64,000 nt of DNA from positions 20,769 to 84,768 of the IMG/VR virus record IMGVR_UViG_3300033064_000910; one strand, given 5' to 3'. Positions 10,131-18,836 of this stretch are shown one piece after another. The first letter of the stretch is position 1; each line of letters begins with the position of its first letter. The DNA comes from a virus (taxonomy: Duplodnaviria > Caudoviricetes). A program made the position numbers and the translations under genes. The notes under the pieces were generated by a model that was not told the origin of the DNA, did no database searches, and saw only the letters and a list, made by a program, of their open reading frames with translations.

Positions 10131-11189
10131 TTATAATTCTTGGAATTTACCTGTTATTGCAATTTCATCATTAGCATCTAAAGGATATGTCAAACTAAAA
10201 ACAAATACAATTTCATTAGTAGCCCCGTTGTATGAATATGTATAATATGTAGGAGAAACAAAATCCCCATTAACATAAACTCTAAACCAATTATCGGTAT
10301 CAAATACACCAACTAATTCCGATGGAAGTAGTGGTTTTTTAACATTAGTTAATTTAACAGTTGTTGCGTTTACAAAAGTTGCCATCTGAGAACTTCTTAT
10401 TGCCACAAAATCTATAATTTGAGCATATTCATTATACAATGAAGGTTGATTAAATAAATTACCAGTCAAATCAGTTTCAATACCAAACACAACTCTTTTT
10501 TTAGAACGTTCCTTTTTAACCACAGGATTTTCATTAAACGTTTCAGGAAGAAGATATGCGTTTACTTGCATTGTAAACGTTGTTCTTATAATTCTTTCCG
10601 AACCCTGCCCTACTTCTTGTTGATTATCAAATGAATTTATTCTAACTCTAAATTTATATTTTTCCTCACTACCCCAATATCTATCAGTAGCGTATTGAAA
10701 TGCTTCTACAATTTTATTCATATGTTCGGTAAAAGAAGTCCATATCATAACTTCGTATGTCAAAGTTACATAATCTGGAATCTTTACACTATATAATTCC
10801 ATAACAGGTTTTATATTATTTTGTAAAGTAAATCTTTCATATCTATTTTTAGAAGAATATTGTTGAAATGCCGGTAATATTCCCGCATCTTTAAAATGTT
10901 GTAATGATTCATCTCTTTCAATAGAATTTCTTTTAAACATTACTAAAGGAATTTGAATTTTTCCTCTTTCATCTCTTAAATATCCATCTTTTCTAGCACC
11001 TTTCCATCTTTCAGCATTACCATAAATTAAAGGAACTTTTATTTTTTTCTCATGTTCTTCTACATCAGGAATAATAATTTCTGACATGTATTCCGCAATA
11101 GTAGTATCTATATCAATAAGTTTTACACCTTTGATATATTTTTTCTCAATAGAAAGTTGATTGGCTCTATTTGTATCTTTTTTTTCCAT
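10131..11189 (-). CDS. gp15: Tail completion / sheath stabiliser (T4 gp15-like) with an extra C-terminal beta domain
   Basis: KVPLIYGNAERW, KIQIPLVMFKRNSIERD and PDYVTLTYEVMIW resemble gp15; follows the gp13 and gp14-like genes. Confidence 0.7.
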   Translation of the reverse strand: MEKKDTNRANQLSIEKKYIKGVKLIDIDTTIAEYMSEIIIPDVEEHEKKIKVPLIYGNAERWKGARKDGYLRDERGKIQIPLVMFKRNSIERDESLQHFKDAGILPAFQQYSSKNRYERFTLQNNIKPVMELYSVKIPDYVTLTYEVMIWTSFTEHMNKIVEAFQYATDRYWGSEEKYKFRVRINSFDNQQEVGQGSERIIRTTFTMQVNAYLLPETFNENPVVKKERSKKRVVFGIETDLTGNLFNQPSLYNEYAQIIDFVAIRSSQMATFVNATTVKLTNVKKPLLPSELVGVFDTDNWFRVYVNGDFVSPTYYTYSYNGATNEIVFVFSLTYPLDANDEIAITGKFQEL

Positions 11190-11644
11190 TATATTGTTCT
11201 CATTTCAGTTTGTATAGAACTACGTCTAGTCATAAATGTTGAACAAATTAATGAAAATGTATTTCCGGTTTGTCCACCGATTAAAAAATCTTCTGTTACA
11301 TTATCAATTTCAAAATATCCATCATTATGATAAATAATATCACCAATTTCAGGATAGAATCCTTTATCTTCTAAAGTAAATCTATTAAAACGAAATTGTA
11401 CAGTTTGAGATGAATCTGCACCAAATCCTTCGTAATTAGATTGAGTATCTTCTCTTTGTATTATTGCGTTACATTCTACACCTTGATAATAAGTTTTATT
11501 TAATGATTCTCCATATAAATTTGTTTTAGAATCTTCTATGACAAGTTTATATAATACCACAGCCGTTTCTATAACTGCATCTACTAATTCTCTGGATATT
11601 CCTTCAAAAAATTTAATATCTCTACTTAGTGCAAATCTTGCCAT
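11189..11644 (-). CDS. gp14: Neck / head-closure protein (T4 gp14-like)
   Basis: 151 aa; YPEIGDIIYHNDGYFEIDNV; located between the gp13-like and gp15-like genes. Confidence 0.6.
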   Translation of the reverse strand: MARFALSRDIKFFEGISRELVDAVIETAVVLYKLVIEDSKTNLYGESLNKTYYQGVECNAIIQREDTQSNYEGFGADSSQTVQFRFNRFTLEDKGFYPEIGDIIYHNDGYFEIDNVTEDFLIGGQTGNTFSLICSTFMTRRSSIQTEMRTI

Positions 11645-11646
11645 AA

Positions 11647-12813
11647 TTAACCTATATAAATTGGAAGTGGAACTTTTCGTAACATTTCTTGATGTTGATT
11701 AGCTTCCGTATTTCTGTTATCAAATTGCTTTGTTCTTCCCAATTCTTCCAATGTTTCTCTTAATTGAGTCATTAACGCTTCCTTTTCAGTTTGTGCCTCA
11801 CTTCTCAATGCAGCTCCATCTAAACTAATTTCAGAACCAGGAATTGGAATTTGTGAATATTTTTCTCTAACAGCTCCTAACATTTCTTTAACTAATGCAA
11901 GGGTATATTTTCTAATCCACTGCTTACCCACATCATTAATTCCACTATATTCCATAAAATCATAAGGAACATCAGAATAATCAGAAATTACATTTGCGGT
12001 TACTGTTGTTGAATTATTAGTAAAATCATCTTTTACAAAATAGTCAAAATATAATTTTCCATAAAGATTTACATTTTGAGAAGTTGGTACCGGAAATACT
12101 CTAATTTTACCATTTACAATATTAAAAGTAAATGCGGATTTTCTGAATTGGTCATTAAATTCAATTGCTTGGATTCTTAAAATATCTTCAAACATTGGCA
12201 TTAACACAAATTGTGCTGCCGGTGAATATGAACCAAATCCAAATTCATCAATTAAGTTTAAAGTACCTTGTCCAGAAACCGAATAAGGGTCAAAGAATCT
12301 ATTGATTGCAGGTGTTGGTTCTTGGAATACTCTTACTACCTCTATTCTTTTACTACTTTCAGAAACCGCAGACCATAGTGTATCTAAATTATATTCTTGT
12401 TGTCCTGGTACTAATTCAATAAATCCTTTTTTAATATCAGTATTACCCCCTACTCCAGCCAATGTCCCATATGCATCGGAAATTGAAATAAGAGTAGCAA
12501 GATTTGTACCATCAACTAATTTACTTGTTAGTGAAGTTGCTTTAGATTTTCCTCTTAGGCTATCTAAATTATTACGAATATTGAATTGATTTACTTGCGC
12601 TCCATATTCTGATACGGATTCTTCAAGACATGCATAGAAGTTTTCATCTATCAATTCTATGTTTTGTATAGGGTATCCTAATCTTCTAGCACACCATAGT
12701 GCTACTCTAGGAGCTTCTTCTTGAAAGATATAATCATCATCGTATATTCCAAAGGGAGTTTGTCCCGGAAAGAACGAAGATGAACCAGGATATATTAATG
12801 TTTCTAATGCCAT
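11647..12813 (-). CDS. gp13: Neck protein (T4 gp13-like head-tail adaptor)
   Basis: RRLGYPIQNIEL, WIRKYTLALVKEMLGAVREKY, ISLDGAALRSEA. Confidence 0.8.
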   Translation of the reverse strand: MALETLIYPGSSSFFPGQTPFGIYDDDYIFQEEAPRVALWCARRLGYPIQNIELIDENFYACLEESVSEYGAQVNQFNIRNNLDSLRGKSKATSLTSKLVDGTNLATLISISDAYGTLAGVGGNTDIKKGFIELVPGQQEYNLDTLWSAVSESSKRIEVVRVFQEPTPAINRFFDPYSVSGQGTLNLIDEFGFGSYSPAAQFVLMPMFEDILRIQAIEFNDQFRKSAFTFNIVNGKIRVFPVPTSQNVNLYGKLYFDYFVKDDFTNNSTTVTANVISDYSDVPYDFMEYSGINDVGKQWIRKYTLALVKEMLGAVREKYSQIPIPGSEISLDGAALRSEAQTEKEALMTQLRETLEELGRTKQFDNRNTEANQHQEMLRKVPLPIYIG

Positions 12814-12840
12814 TATAAGTACTTTTTTTAATCGTTACCT

Positions 12841-12848
12841 ATAAATAT
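12841..12848 (-). promoter_or_regulatory. Putative late-promoter motif ATATTTAT (representative copy)
   Basis: Found in 17 intergenic gaps, mostly about 20-50 nt upstream of minus-strand starts (see findings). Confidence 0.65.
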
Positions 12849-12890
12849 TAAGAATCAAAAGAATAGTGTTTAGAATCGGATTATCTTAAA

Positions 12891-15800
12891 TTATGCGATT
12901 GAACCCGTCACTAACCATTTCCAATCAGAGCCATCATACATATATAAATTTGTTTTACCATACGATGCTGATGCTACTAACATTCCAGCTTGTCCACTTG
13001 GGAAAGATGTTACCGGTGTTAGTTTAACAACATTATTAATATTTAAACTACCTGTAATATTAACCGAACCAGTAAAATTAGATGAACCACTTACATATAA
13101 TGCGTTTTGTGTACCACTACTTATAATTTGTAATCTAGAACCATTATCAGTTGGAGATGTTAAGTTGGATATTGCAACATTACCCGGTGATGGGAATATT
13201 CTCATATAATTACCACCTATCTCATCACCAAAATTTAATTGAGTACCTCTAACAGAACCAACATATAAAGTACCAGCAGAATATATATTTGCAAATCGAA
13301 ATGATGGAGTACCAATTGTATATGTGTTATTTGATGATGGTGCTATTACTCCAGCGATTGTCAATGAACCAGTCATATTTACCGAACCAGTAAATGATGA
13401 TGAACCACTTACTTGCAGTTTATCATTTCCGTTATCAATTGTCTGTCCTAATAATAAATCTCCGTATATTGCAGTTAATGTTGTTGATGAATTACCTAAT
13501 ACAGTAGTGTTTGAGCCTAAGCCTGTGGAGTTGTAGCCTATTACTATTTGATTGGTTTGAGCATTTGCCAAAGGCATAGCTAGTTGTCCAATCAAAATTG
13601 AGTTATCAATAGTAGTTAATGAGTTAGAAGTTGAACCACCAAAGTATCTGCCTGCCGTAGCACCAAAAGCAACATTATTTGAACCGCCTGAAACGCTTAA
13701 AAAAGTTTGAGAACCTAATGCAGCATTATTTGTACCTGTGCCTAGTAGTTGTAATGAATTATGTCCTACTGCAGTATTGGATACAGTAGTAGTATTTGCG
13801 GATAAAGCAAGTTGTCCAATTGCAATATTCAGATTGCCTGTTGTATTATTTAGTCCTGCACTAGTACCCAAAAATACGTTATTAAAACCTGTTGTATTAT
13901 CTCTACCAGCAGCTTGTCCAATGAAAGTATTTGACTGACCTGTTGTATTAGATTGTCCTGCAAGATACGAAACAAATGTATTATTTTGCCCTGTTGTATT
14001 TCTTCTACCTGCATTTTGTCCTATAAATGTATTACTAATAATACTACTTGCTCTTATTCCTATACTTTCTGTACCAGCACTATTAGCAAAAATAGATGAA
14101 GCAGAACTTGTGCCAATAATCTTAATACTGAATACAACAGTACCATCAAAGTCAGTCGTAGGTGTTATAGTTAAAACACTTGTTGTGGTTGCTAATGGAC
14201 CTATATTTCCTGACGCATTAACACCACTTACAAAAGTAGGTCCGCCATAAGCAATGGATATAGAGCCTGCGGTTCTTCCTGTTATAGTATAAGTAACTTG
14301 ATAGTAAGTTCCAATTACCGCTGCTAATGTTGTTGTTAAAGAAGTTGTTGAACCTGCCGTATGCGTATAACCACCTACGTTTAAGTTAGTACCTGCTAAT
14401 GTCCAATTCGTACCTGTTCCTGTTACCGCAGCTAACTCTGAACCTAATGGTGCAGTATCTGAAGCAGTAGTTCCTGTGAAACGAGTTAATCCAAAGGTAG
14501 TTAATGACCCACTTATATTTACCGAACCAGTTATAGTTTGATTACCATAGAAAGTATTTGCCGATTCCGTTTGTGCGAATAAATTATAGTTTTGTATTTG
14601 TGCTGACGAACTTACTAATCCAACTGCTTTTAATGATGCCGTATATGCTTCAATACCATTTACCTCACCTATTATAGAACCAGTGAAAGTATTTAAAGAT
14701 GCGGTTGTTTGTAGTATTCTATTTCCAACACTATCGTTTAATGATGTGTAAGTATTTAAAGATGATGTTGTTACAAATGTTGTTGGAACAAATGCCGTTG
14801 TTTGTACCGTTTCATCGGCGAATCCAATTGCTAATGTATTAATACCAATTTCCCTAGTTAATGGCTTTTGAAATTCTATATCCAAACTAAGTTGAGGTCC
14901 TCCATTATAAGAAGAATGCTGAAACGCCTCAGTTCTTTTATTTACGAATACACCACCTTGTTCTACAGTGTTTGATATGGTTTCGGAACCTTGAGTACTT
15001 GTATCACCACCAATACTTAAAGTACCACTTACGTTTAATGAACCTGTTATTGTTTGATTTCCTATAAATGTATTTGAACCAATGAAATTTGCAGGTCCGA
15101 TATTTGTGAAAGTACCCGATGATGATACTGTTAATGAACCAATAATAGTTGTTGAGCCACTTATATTAACTGAACCAGTAAATTCTTGCTTATCACTACT
15201 TGCATCACCAAATTTGTTACTTCCACTTGAGTAAATGATTGAGGACGAAATAAAAGTTACAAATAATTCACTTGTTTGAATTTTACCATTAACATTTAAA
15301 TTCCCACTTATAGTTTCATTTCCGGTTACCGTTAAAGTAGTACCATCAAATTTAAGATTACTTTCAACCGTTGCGTTTGGTGCTGACCCATTTAAAGTTA
15401 ATATACCATTATCAGTTGTACCACTTATAGATAATGCTCCACTAGTCCCAGAAGTTCCAGAAGTTCCTGATGTACCACTACTTCCGCTTGTGCCAGAAGA
15501 ACCCGATGTACCACTACTTCCACTTGAACCAGACGTTCCTGATGTTCCACTACTTCCACTAGTCCCAGAAGAACCTGATGTACCACTACTTCCACTAGTC
15601 CCAGAAGAACCCGATGTACCACTACTTCCAAAGAAAGTTCCATTTACACCACTAGTCCCACTTGTTCCAGAAGTTCCCGATGTTCCATTTACTCCGCTTG
15701 TTCCAGAAGTTCCTGAAGTACCAGTATCAAAACCTCTCGGTCCTGTTGGTCCTTGAACTCCTGCCGTTGCTATTACTATTTCCGGTCTTGAAGTTTGGAC

Positions 15801-15893
15801 AGTTATTTCCGTTATCGCAGTTTCAATTGCAACATTGGTTTTTGGTACTTCAACTTGGACAGTTGTTATATCTTTGTTTATCTGTATTGACAT
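12891..15893 (-). CDS. Fibre protein with Gly-Thr-Ser collagen-like segment, TGSVNISGS repeats and 14-aa NTxxG repeats
   Basis: 1000 aa; (GTS/GSS)n at residues 58-152; NTFIGQNAGRRNTTG-type repeats as in trimeric beta-helical heads; C-terminal LYMYDGSDW. Confidence 0.75.
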   Translation of the reverse strand: MSIQINKDITTVQVEVPKTNVAIETAITEITVQTSRPEIVIATAGVQGPTGPRGFDTGTSGTSGTSGVNGTSGTSGTSGTSGVNGTFFGSSGTSGSSGTSGSSGTSGSSGTSGSSGTSGTSGSSGSSGTSGSSGTSGSSGTSGTSGTSGTSGALSISGTTDNGILTLNGSAPNATVESNLKFDGTTLTVTGNETISGNLNVNGKIQTSELFVTFISSSIIYSSGSNKFGDASSDKQEFTGSVNISGSTTIIGSLTVSSSGTFTNIGPANFIGSNTFIGNQTITGSLNVSGTLSIGGDTSTQGSETISNTVEQGGVFVNKRTEAFQHSSYNGGPQLSLDIEFQKPLTREIGINTLAIGFADETVQTTAFVPTTFVTTSSLNTYTSLNDSVGNRILQTTASLNTFTGSIIGEVNGIEAYTASLKAVGLVSSSAQIQNYNLFAQTESANTFYGNQTITGSVNISGSLTTFGLTRFTGTTASDTAPLGSELAAVTGTGTNWTLAGTNLNVGGYTHTAGSTTSLTTTLAAVIGTYYQVTYTITGRTAGSISIAYGGPTFVSGVNASGNIGPLATTTSVLTITPTTDFDGTVVFSIKIIGTSSASSIFANSAGTESIGIRASSIISNTFIGQNAGRRNTTGQNNTFVSYLAGQSNTTGQSNTFIGQAAGRDNTTGFNNVFLGTSAGLNNTTGNLNIAIGQLALSANTTTVSNTAVGHNSLQLLGTGTNNAALGSQTFLSVSGGSNNVAFGATAGRYFGGSTSNSLTTIDNSILIGQLAMPLANAQTNQIVIGYNSTGLGSNTTVLGNSSTTLTAIYGDLLLGQTIDNGNDKLQVSGSSSFTGSVNMTGSLTIAGVIAPSSNNTYTIGTPSFRFANIYSAGTLYVGSVRGTQLNFGDEIGGNYMRIFPSPGNVAISNLTSPTDNGSRLQIISSGTQNALYVSGSSNFTGSVNITGSLNINNVVKLTPVTSFPSGQAGMLVASASYGKTNLYMYDGSDWKWLVTGSIA
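15438..15722 (-). repeat. Coding tandem repeat, about 31 Gly-X-Y triplets (GTS/GSS)
   Basis: Imperfect 9/18-nt tandem units visible in the DNA (e.g. gatgtaccactacttcc recurring). Confidence 0.9.
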
Positions 15894-15894
15894 C

Positions 15895-16275
15895 CTATCG
15901 AGTTACGTTTTTAGATAACTTAACTTTACCTTCTAATAATCTCGTAACTTCATTTCCTTTTATCAATTCTATATCGTAAAATGCTTCACCAAAATTTAAT
16001 ACTGACGAAGATACTGCAGAAATATATACTCCAATCGAACCACTTGCCAATGGAGTTATGAAATTAGAACCACTTAAATTGATTCCAGTATTATCGGACT
16101 TTAAAGATGATGATAGTGAAAGAAAGACATCGGATGATTCAACACCCGGTCTGATTTGCATTCTTGCATGATAACCACTCAAATCAACTGCTGAACCTGA
16201 TTCATCGTTCCAATTGATTTGAAAATTTGTTGTTGCTCCTTGCTCTATTATAAAAGAGTATTTTCCTGCTGCCAT
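15895..16275 (-). CDS. Small beta-sandwich virion protein (fibre anchor / BppU N-terminal-like)
   Basis: IEQGATTNFQINW...VDLSGYHARMQIR...AFYDIELIKGNEVTRLLEGKV is a common phage structural pattern; directly precedes the fibre gene. Confidence 0.6.
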   Translation of the reverse strand: MAAGKYSFIIEQGATTNFQINWNDESGSAVDLSGYHARMQIRPGVESSDVFLSLSSSLKSDNTGINLSGSNFITPLASGSIGVYISAVSSSVLNFGEAFYDIELIKGNEVTRLLEGKVKLSKNVTR

Positions 16276-16333
16276 ATATGAAATAGTTTAATACTCTTAT
16301 AAATATTAAAATGTTGGAAAGGGGTAAAAATAA

Positions 16334-16362
16334 AAAAGGAGATAGTATTAGTATCTCCTTTT
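16334..16362 (-). terminator. Rho-independent terminator
   Basis: AAAAGGAGATA-7 nt loop-TATCTCCTTTT perfect inverted repeat with a U-tract on the minus strand, downstream of the 16384 gene. Confidence 0.85.
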
Positions 16363-16383
16363 ATGTATAATTTGTGAAAGTTA

Positions 16384-16923
16384 TTAATTACTTGCGAATA
16401 TACCAGATTGTGCAATACCATACCAAGTTGTAATACCATCAGATACCAATGTGATAGTATCTCCTAATACATTTGTTGCTGAAGTATTTTTAATACCAGT
16501 GTCAGCTGCTACACTTACACTTGCTCCTGCATTAGCTGCTTTACAATTAATAGTATTTCCAGCTATTCCCAAAATTTTAATTTCCCCACCTGCATTTCCA
16601 CAAATAAATGTGTATTGAAGTCCTGCAGTTGATGCTGCTGGTAATGTGAATGTTTGTGTTGCTGAAGCTTTAGTAGCTATAAATACTTTACCATTAATAG
16701 CTGCCGATACTGCTACTGTTGCATCCACATCTGCATATATTGGTCTAACTGGATTTTGTGCATCAGTTGCAAATGTTGCATCAATTACTGCGGTTAATGT
16801 TGTAGTATGGTTAATCATAGCTGGAGTTGTACCACTATTTGTTCTTGCTGCAGATTCTCCGTATTTATCCATATACGCTTGTTGTTGAACGGTTGGCGTT
16901 GGAGTTCCTTTTCTTTGTCCCAT
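16384..16923 (-). CDS. Putative capsid decoration/structural protein (MGQ family)
   Basis: 179 aa; FTLPAAS.AGLQYTF motif; starts ATGGGACAA; downstream of the capsid gene. Confidence 0.55.
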   Translation of the reverse strand: MGQRKGTPTPTVQQQAYMDKYGESAARTNSGTTPAMINHTTTLTAVIDATFATDAQNPVRPIYADVDATVAVSAAINGKVFIATKASATQTFTLPAASTAGLQYTFICGNAGGEIKILGIAGNTINCKAANAGASVSVAADTGIKNTSATNVLGDTITLVSDGITTWYGIAQSGIFASN

Positions 16924-17005
16924 TTTATTTTTTATTTAGTTTTTTATAATATAACGATATATGAATAAATATCAAAGCTTTTATAAAAAATAATTTATTT
17001 ACTTT

Positions 17006-17380
17006 TTAGTATGAATTGTTATCTGCCCACATTACTGCTTCGTTAAAAGTTGAACCAGTTGATAATGCGTAATTTAATTGATATTTTTTATATAACTCTG
17101 GATTTAATCTTCTATCATATAATCCTATAATTTCGGATATATCCAATGAAGATGAACCCGCTGCTTTTAATTGTTCCTTTAATGAATTTGAATTGCGGAC
17201 TGCAGTATTAGAAATAAAAGTATTATTAACTGAATCAAAAGAAGCGCTAGAATAAATTTCTCTTTCTAATGAAGCAGATTGAATAGTATTACCATACACT
17301 TTACTACCAACTGTTGTATAGTTTACATACTGTGCTACATTTTTAGCTTGTAATATTTGATGTGTTGGTTGCTTGCTCAT
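17006..17380 (-). CDS. Hypothetical protein
   Basis: Probable start is the ATG at 17380 (MSKQPTHQ), just after the upstream stop, rather than 17416. Confidence 0.55.
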   Translation of the reverse strand: MSKQPTHQILQAKNVAQYVNYTTVGSKVYGNTIQSASLEREIYSSASFDSVNNTFISNTAVRNSNSLKEQLKAAGSSSLDISEIIGLYDRRLNPELYKKYQLNYALSTGSTFNEAVMWADNNSY

Positions 17381-17382
17381 TA

Positions 17383-17856
17383 TTATTGATTTTTTGGAGA
17401 TACACCACCAACCCAACCAACTTTAGTTGTATTGTTTGGATATCTTAATTCGTTTGCTTGCTTAGATGAACTAATTAATACACCATTATCATATAGAGGT
17501 GCGTTATATGCAGCTGACCCAGAGTTTGTTTCAAATGGATATTGTACATATAATCCTATTGGTCTTTGTACAGTTGTTGATGGATATCCGTAAGTAGTTC
17601 CTTTATTAGTTCTATTTGTATTGGTTGGATATTTTGTTGCAAATGCCATAGATTCACTAACATTTGTAGTAGAATCATTACCATTACGAGTTGCTGAACT
17701 TAATTGATAACTTCCATTAACTATACTATGATAATTTGTACCATTTCGTTTATTATCAGTTGTTGGATATTGAGCCATACTAGCTGAAGCTTGCAAACTA
17801 TATCCAAAACTTGGTGACCATGTACCTGTTTGTATGGTTGTTTTCTTTTGTCCCAT
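17383..17856 (-). CDS. Hypothetical low-complexity virion protein (MGQ family)
   Basis: Ends RYPNNTTKVGWVGGVSPKNQ, paralogous to the 17863 ORF. Confidence 0.65.
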   Translation of the reverse strand: MGQKKTTIQTGTWSPSFGYSLQASASMAQYPTTDNKRNGTNYHSIVNGSYQLSSATRNGNDSTTNVSESMAFATKYPTNTNRTNKGTTYGYPSTTVQRPIGLYVQYPFETNSGSAAYNAPLYDNGVLISSSKQANELRYPNNTTKVGWVGGVSPKNQ

Positions 17857-17862
17857 TTTTAA

Positions 17863-18066
17863 TTACTTTTGTTTTGGAGATACACCATTAGCCCAACCAG
17901 CTTTAGTTGTGTTATTTGGATATTTTGCTGCAATTGCATTTGGTTGTGTTATTGCTGCAGTTCTTGCGAATCTTAAAGTTGATGCGGTTGTTGCTCCAGA
18001 TAGATATGTTGTACCTAAATCTCTATTAGTTAAACCAGCTACTCTTGCTACTTTTGCTTGTCCCAT
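17863..18066 (-). CDS. Small basic protein (MGQ family)
   Basis: Ends KYPNNTTKAGWANGVSPKQK; late motif upstream at 18111. Confidence 0.7.
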   Translation of the reverse strand: MGQAKVARVAGLTNRDLGTTYLSGATTASTLRFARTAAITQPNAIAAKYPNNTTKAGWANGVSPKQK

Positions 18067-18137
18067 TTTATTTTCTTATTTATTTTTATTAAACTATAAC
18101 CAATACATCTATAAATATAAGAATGTTTAAGAAACCT

Positions 18138-18701
18138 TTACTTTGCTTTTAAAAATCTACCATTCTCATCTTTCTTCAAATTTCTACTCTTTAACCACAT
18201 TCTCCTTTCCTCATATAATCTCTCACCTTCTACATCACCATTTCTTTCCTTATACCAATCTAATGTGAAACGGCCTTTGGCTCTTTCTTTTAGTTTATCC
18301 CTTGATTCATCGGAGTGTGTCTTTCCGTACATACCATTATTTTTGCCTGTACTGATTTTTTTCATATGAGATATCCATTCCATATATTCTTTAGTATCTC
18401 GTCTATCTACCCATATATCTCCACCTCCGCCGGTATAGGTATCGTTGTACCCTTTTCTAACTGAATTATGTGCTTTGATTAATTCTTCTTCTAACATTTG
18501 CGCTTTTTCGGTTTCAACTTCGCAAATAATTTCTTTTGTCATATTATCCCACCCATACTTTCTAATAGCTTTATATAATGAGTTTTTCATTTTCTTTGTT
18601 AGAGCACAATGCTTATGCTCGGCCATTCTACCATTAAAATTGTTTGTTCTACCAATATATACCTTTCCTCTTGGTGAACTAATTTTGTAAATTACATCCA
18701 T
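18138..18701 (-). CDS. Free-standing GIY-YIG homing endonuclease with NUMOD3-like DNA-binding motif
   Basis: VIYKI...KVYIGRT, RMAEH, E..LIKAHNSVRKGYN, NGMYGKTHSDESRDKL. Confidence 0.85.
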   Translation of the reverse strand: MDVIYKISSPRGKVYIGRTNNFNGRMAEHKHCALTKKMKNSLYKAIRKYGWDNMTKEIICEVETEKAQMLEEELIKAHNSVRKGYNDTYTGGGGDIWVDRRDTKEYMEWISHMKKISTGKNNGMYGKTHSDESRDKLKERAKGRFTLDWYKERNGDVEGERLYEERRMWLKSRNLKKDENGRFLKAK

Positions 18702-18744
18702 AAAACTTCTTTTATATAAATATCAAAGTTTTACCGAAAGGAGC

Positions 18745-18775
18745 AAAAAAAAAGGGGAAGAATTTCTTCTCCCCC
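18745..18775 (-). terminator. Rho-independent terminator after the major capsid gene
   Basis: Minus strand GGGGAGAAGA-AAT-TCTTCCCC followed by a run of about 9 T. Confidence 0.85.
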
Positions 18776-18836
18776 AATTTTATAGATTATATCTAAGATT
18801 ATTAGAATTATCTAATCATTAATTCAATTGATATCC

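Noticed and set aside
9381-12813. Calling the phage a myovirus
   Set aside because: Neck and baseplate-like genes suggest it, but no tail sheath or tube gene is recognisable in this window.
15438-15722. CRISPR-like or non-coding repeat array
   Set aside because: Repeats are in-frame 9/18-nt coding units without unique spacers; no cas genes are present in the window.
16384-18066. N-myristoylation signal in the MGQ proteins
   Set aside because: Only one of three fits MGxxxS/T, and no N-myristoyltransferase is evident for a bacterial host.
18781-18836. Short TAGAT/ATCTA-type inverted repeats after the capsid stop
   Set aside because: 5-bp AT-rich stems are expected by chance; a clear terminator lies just downstream.
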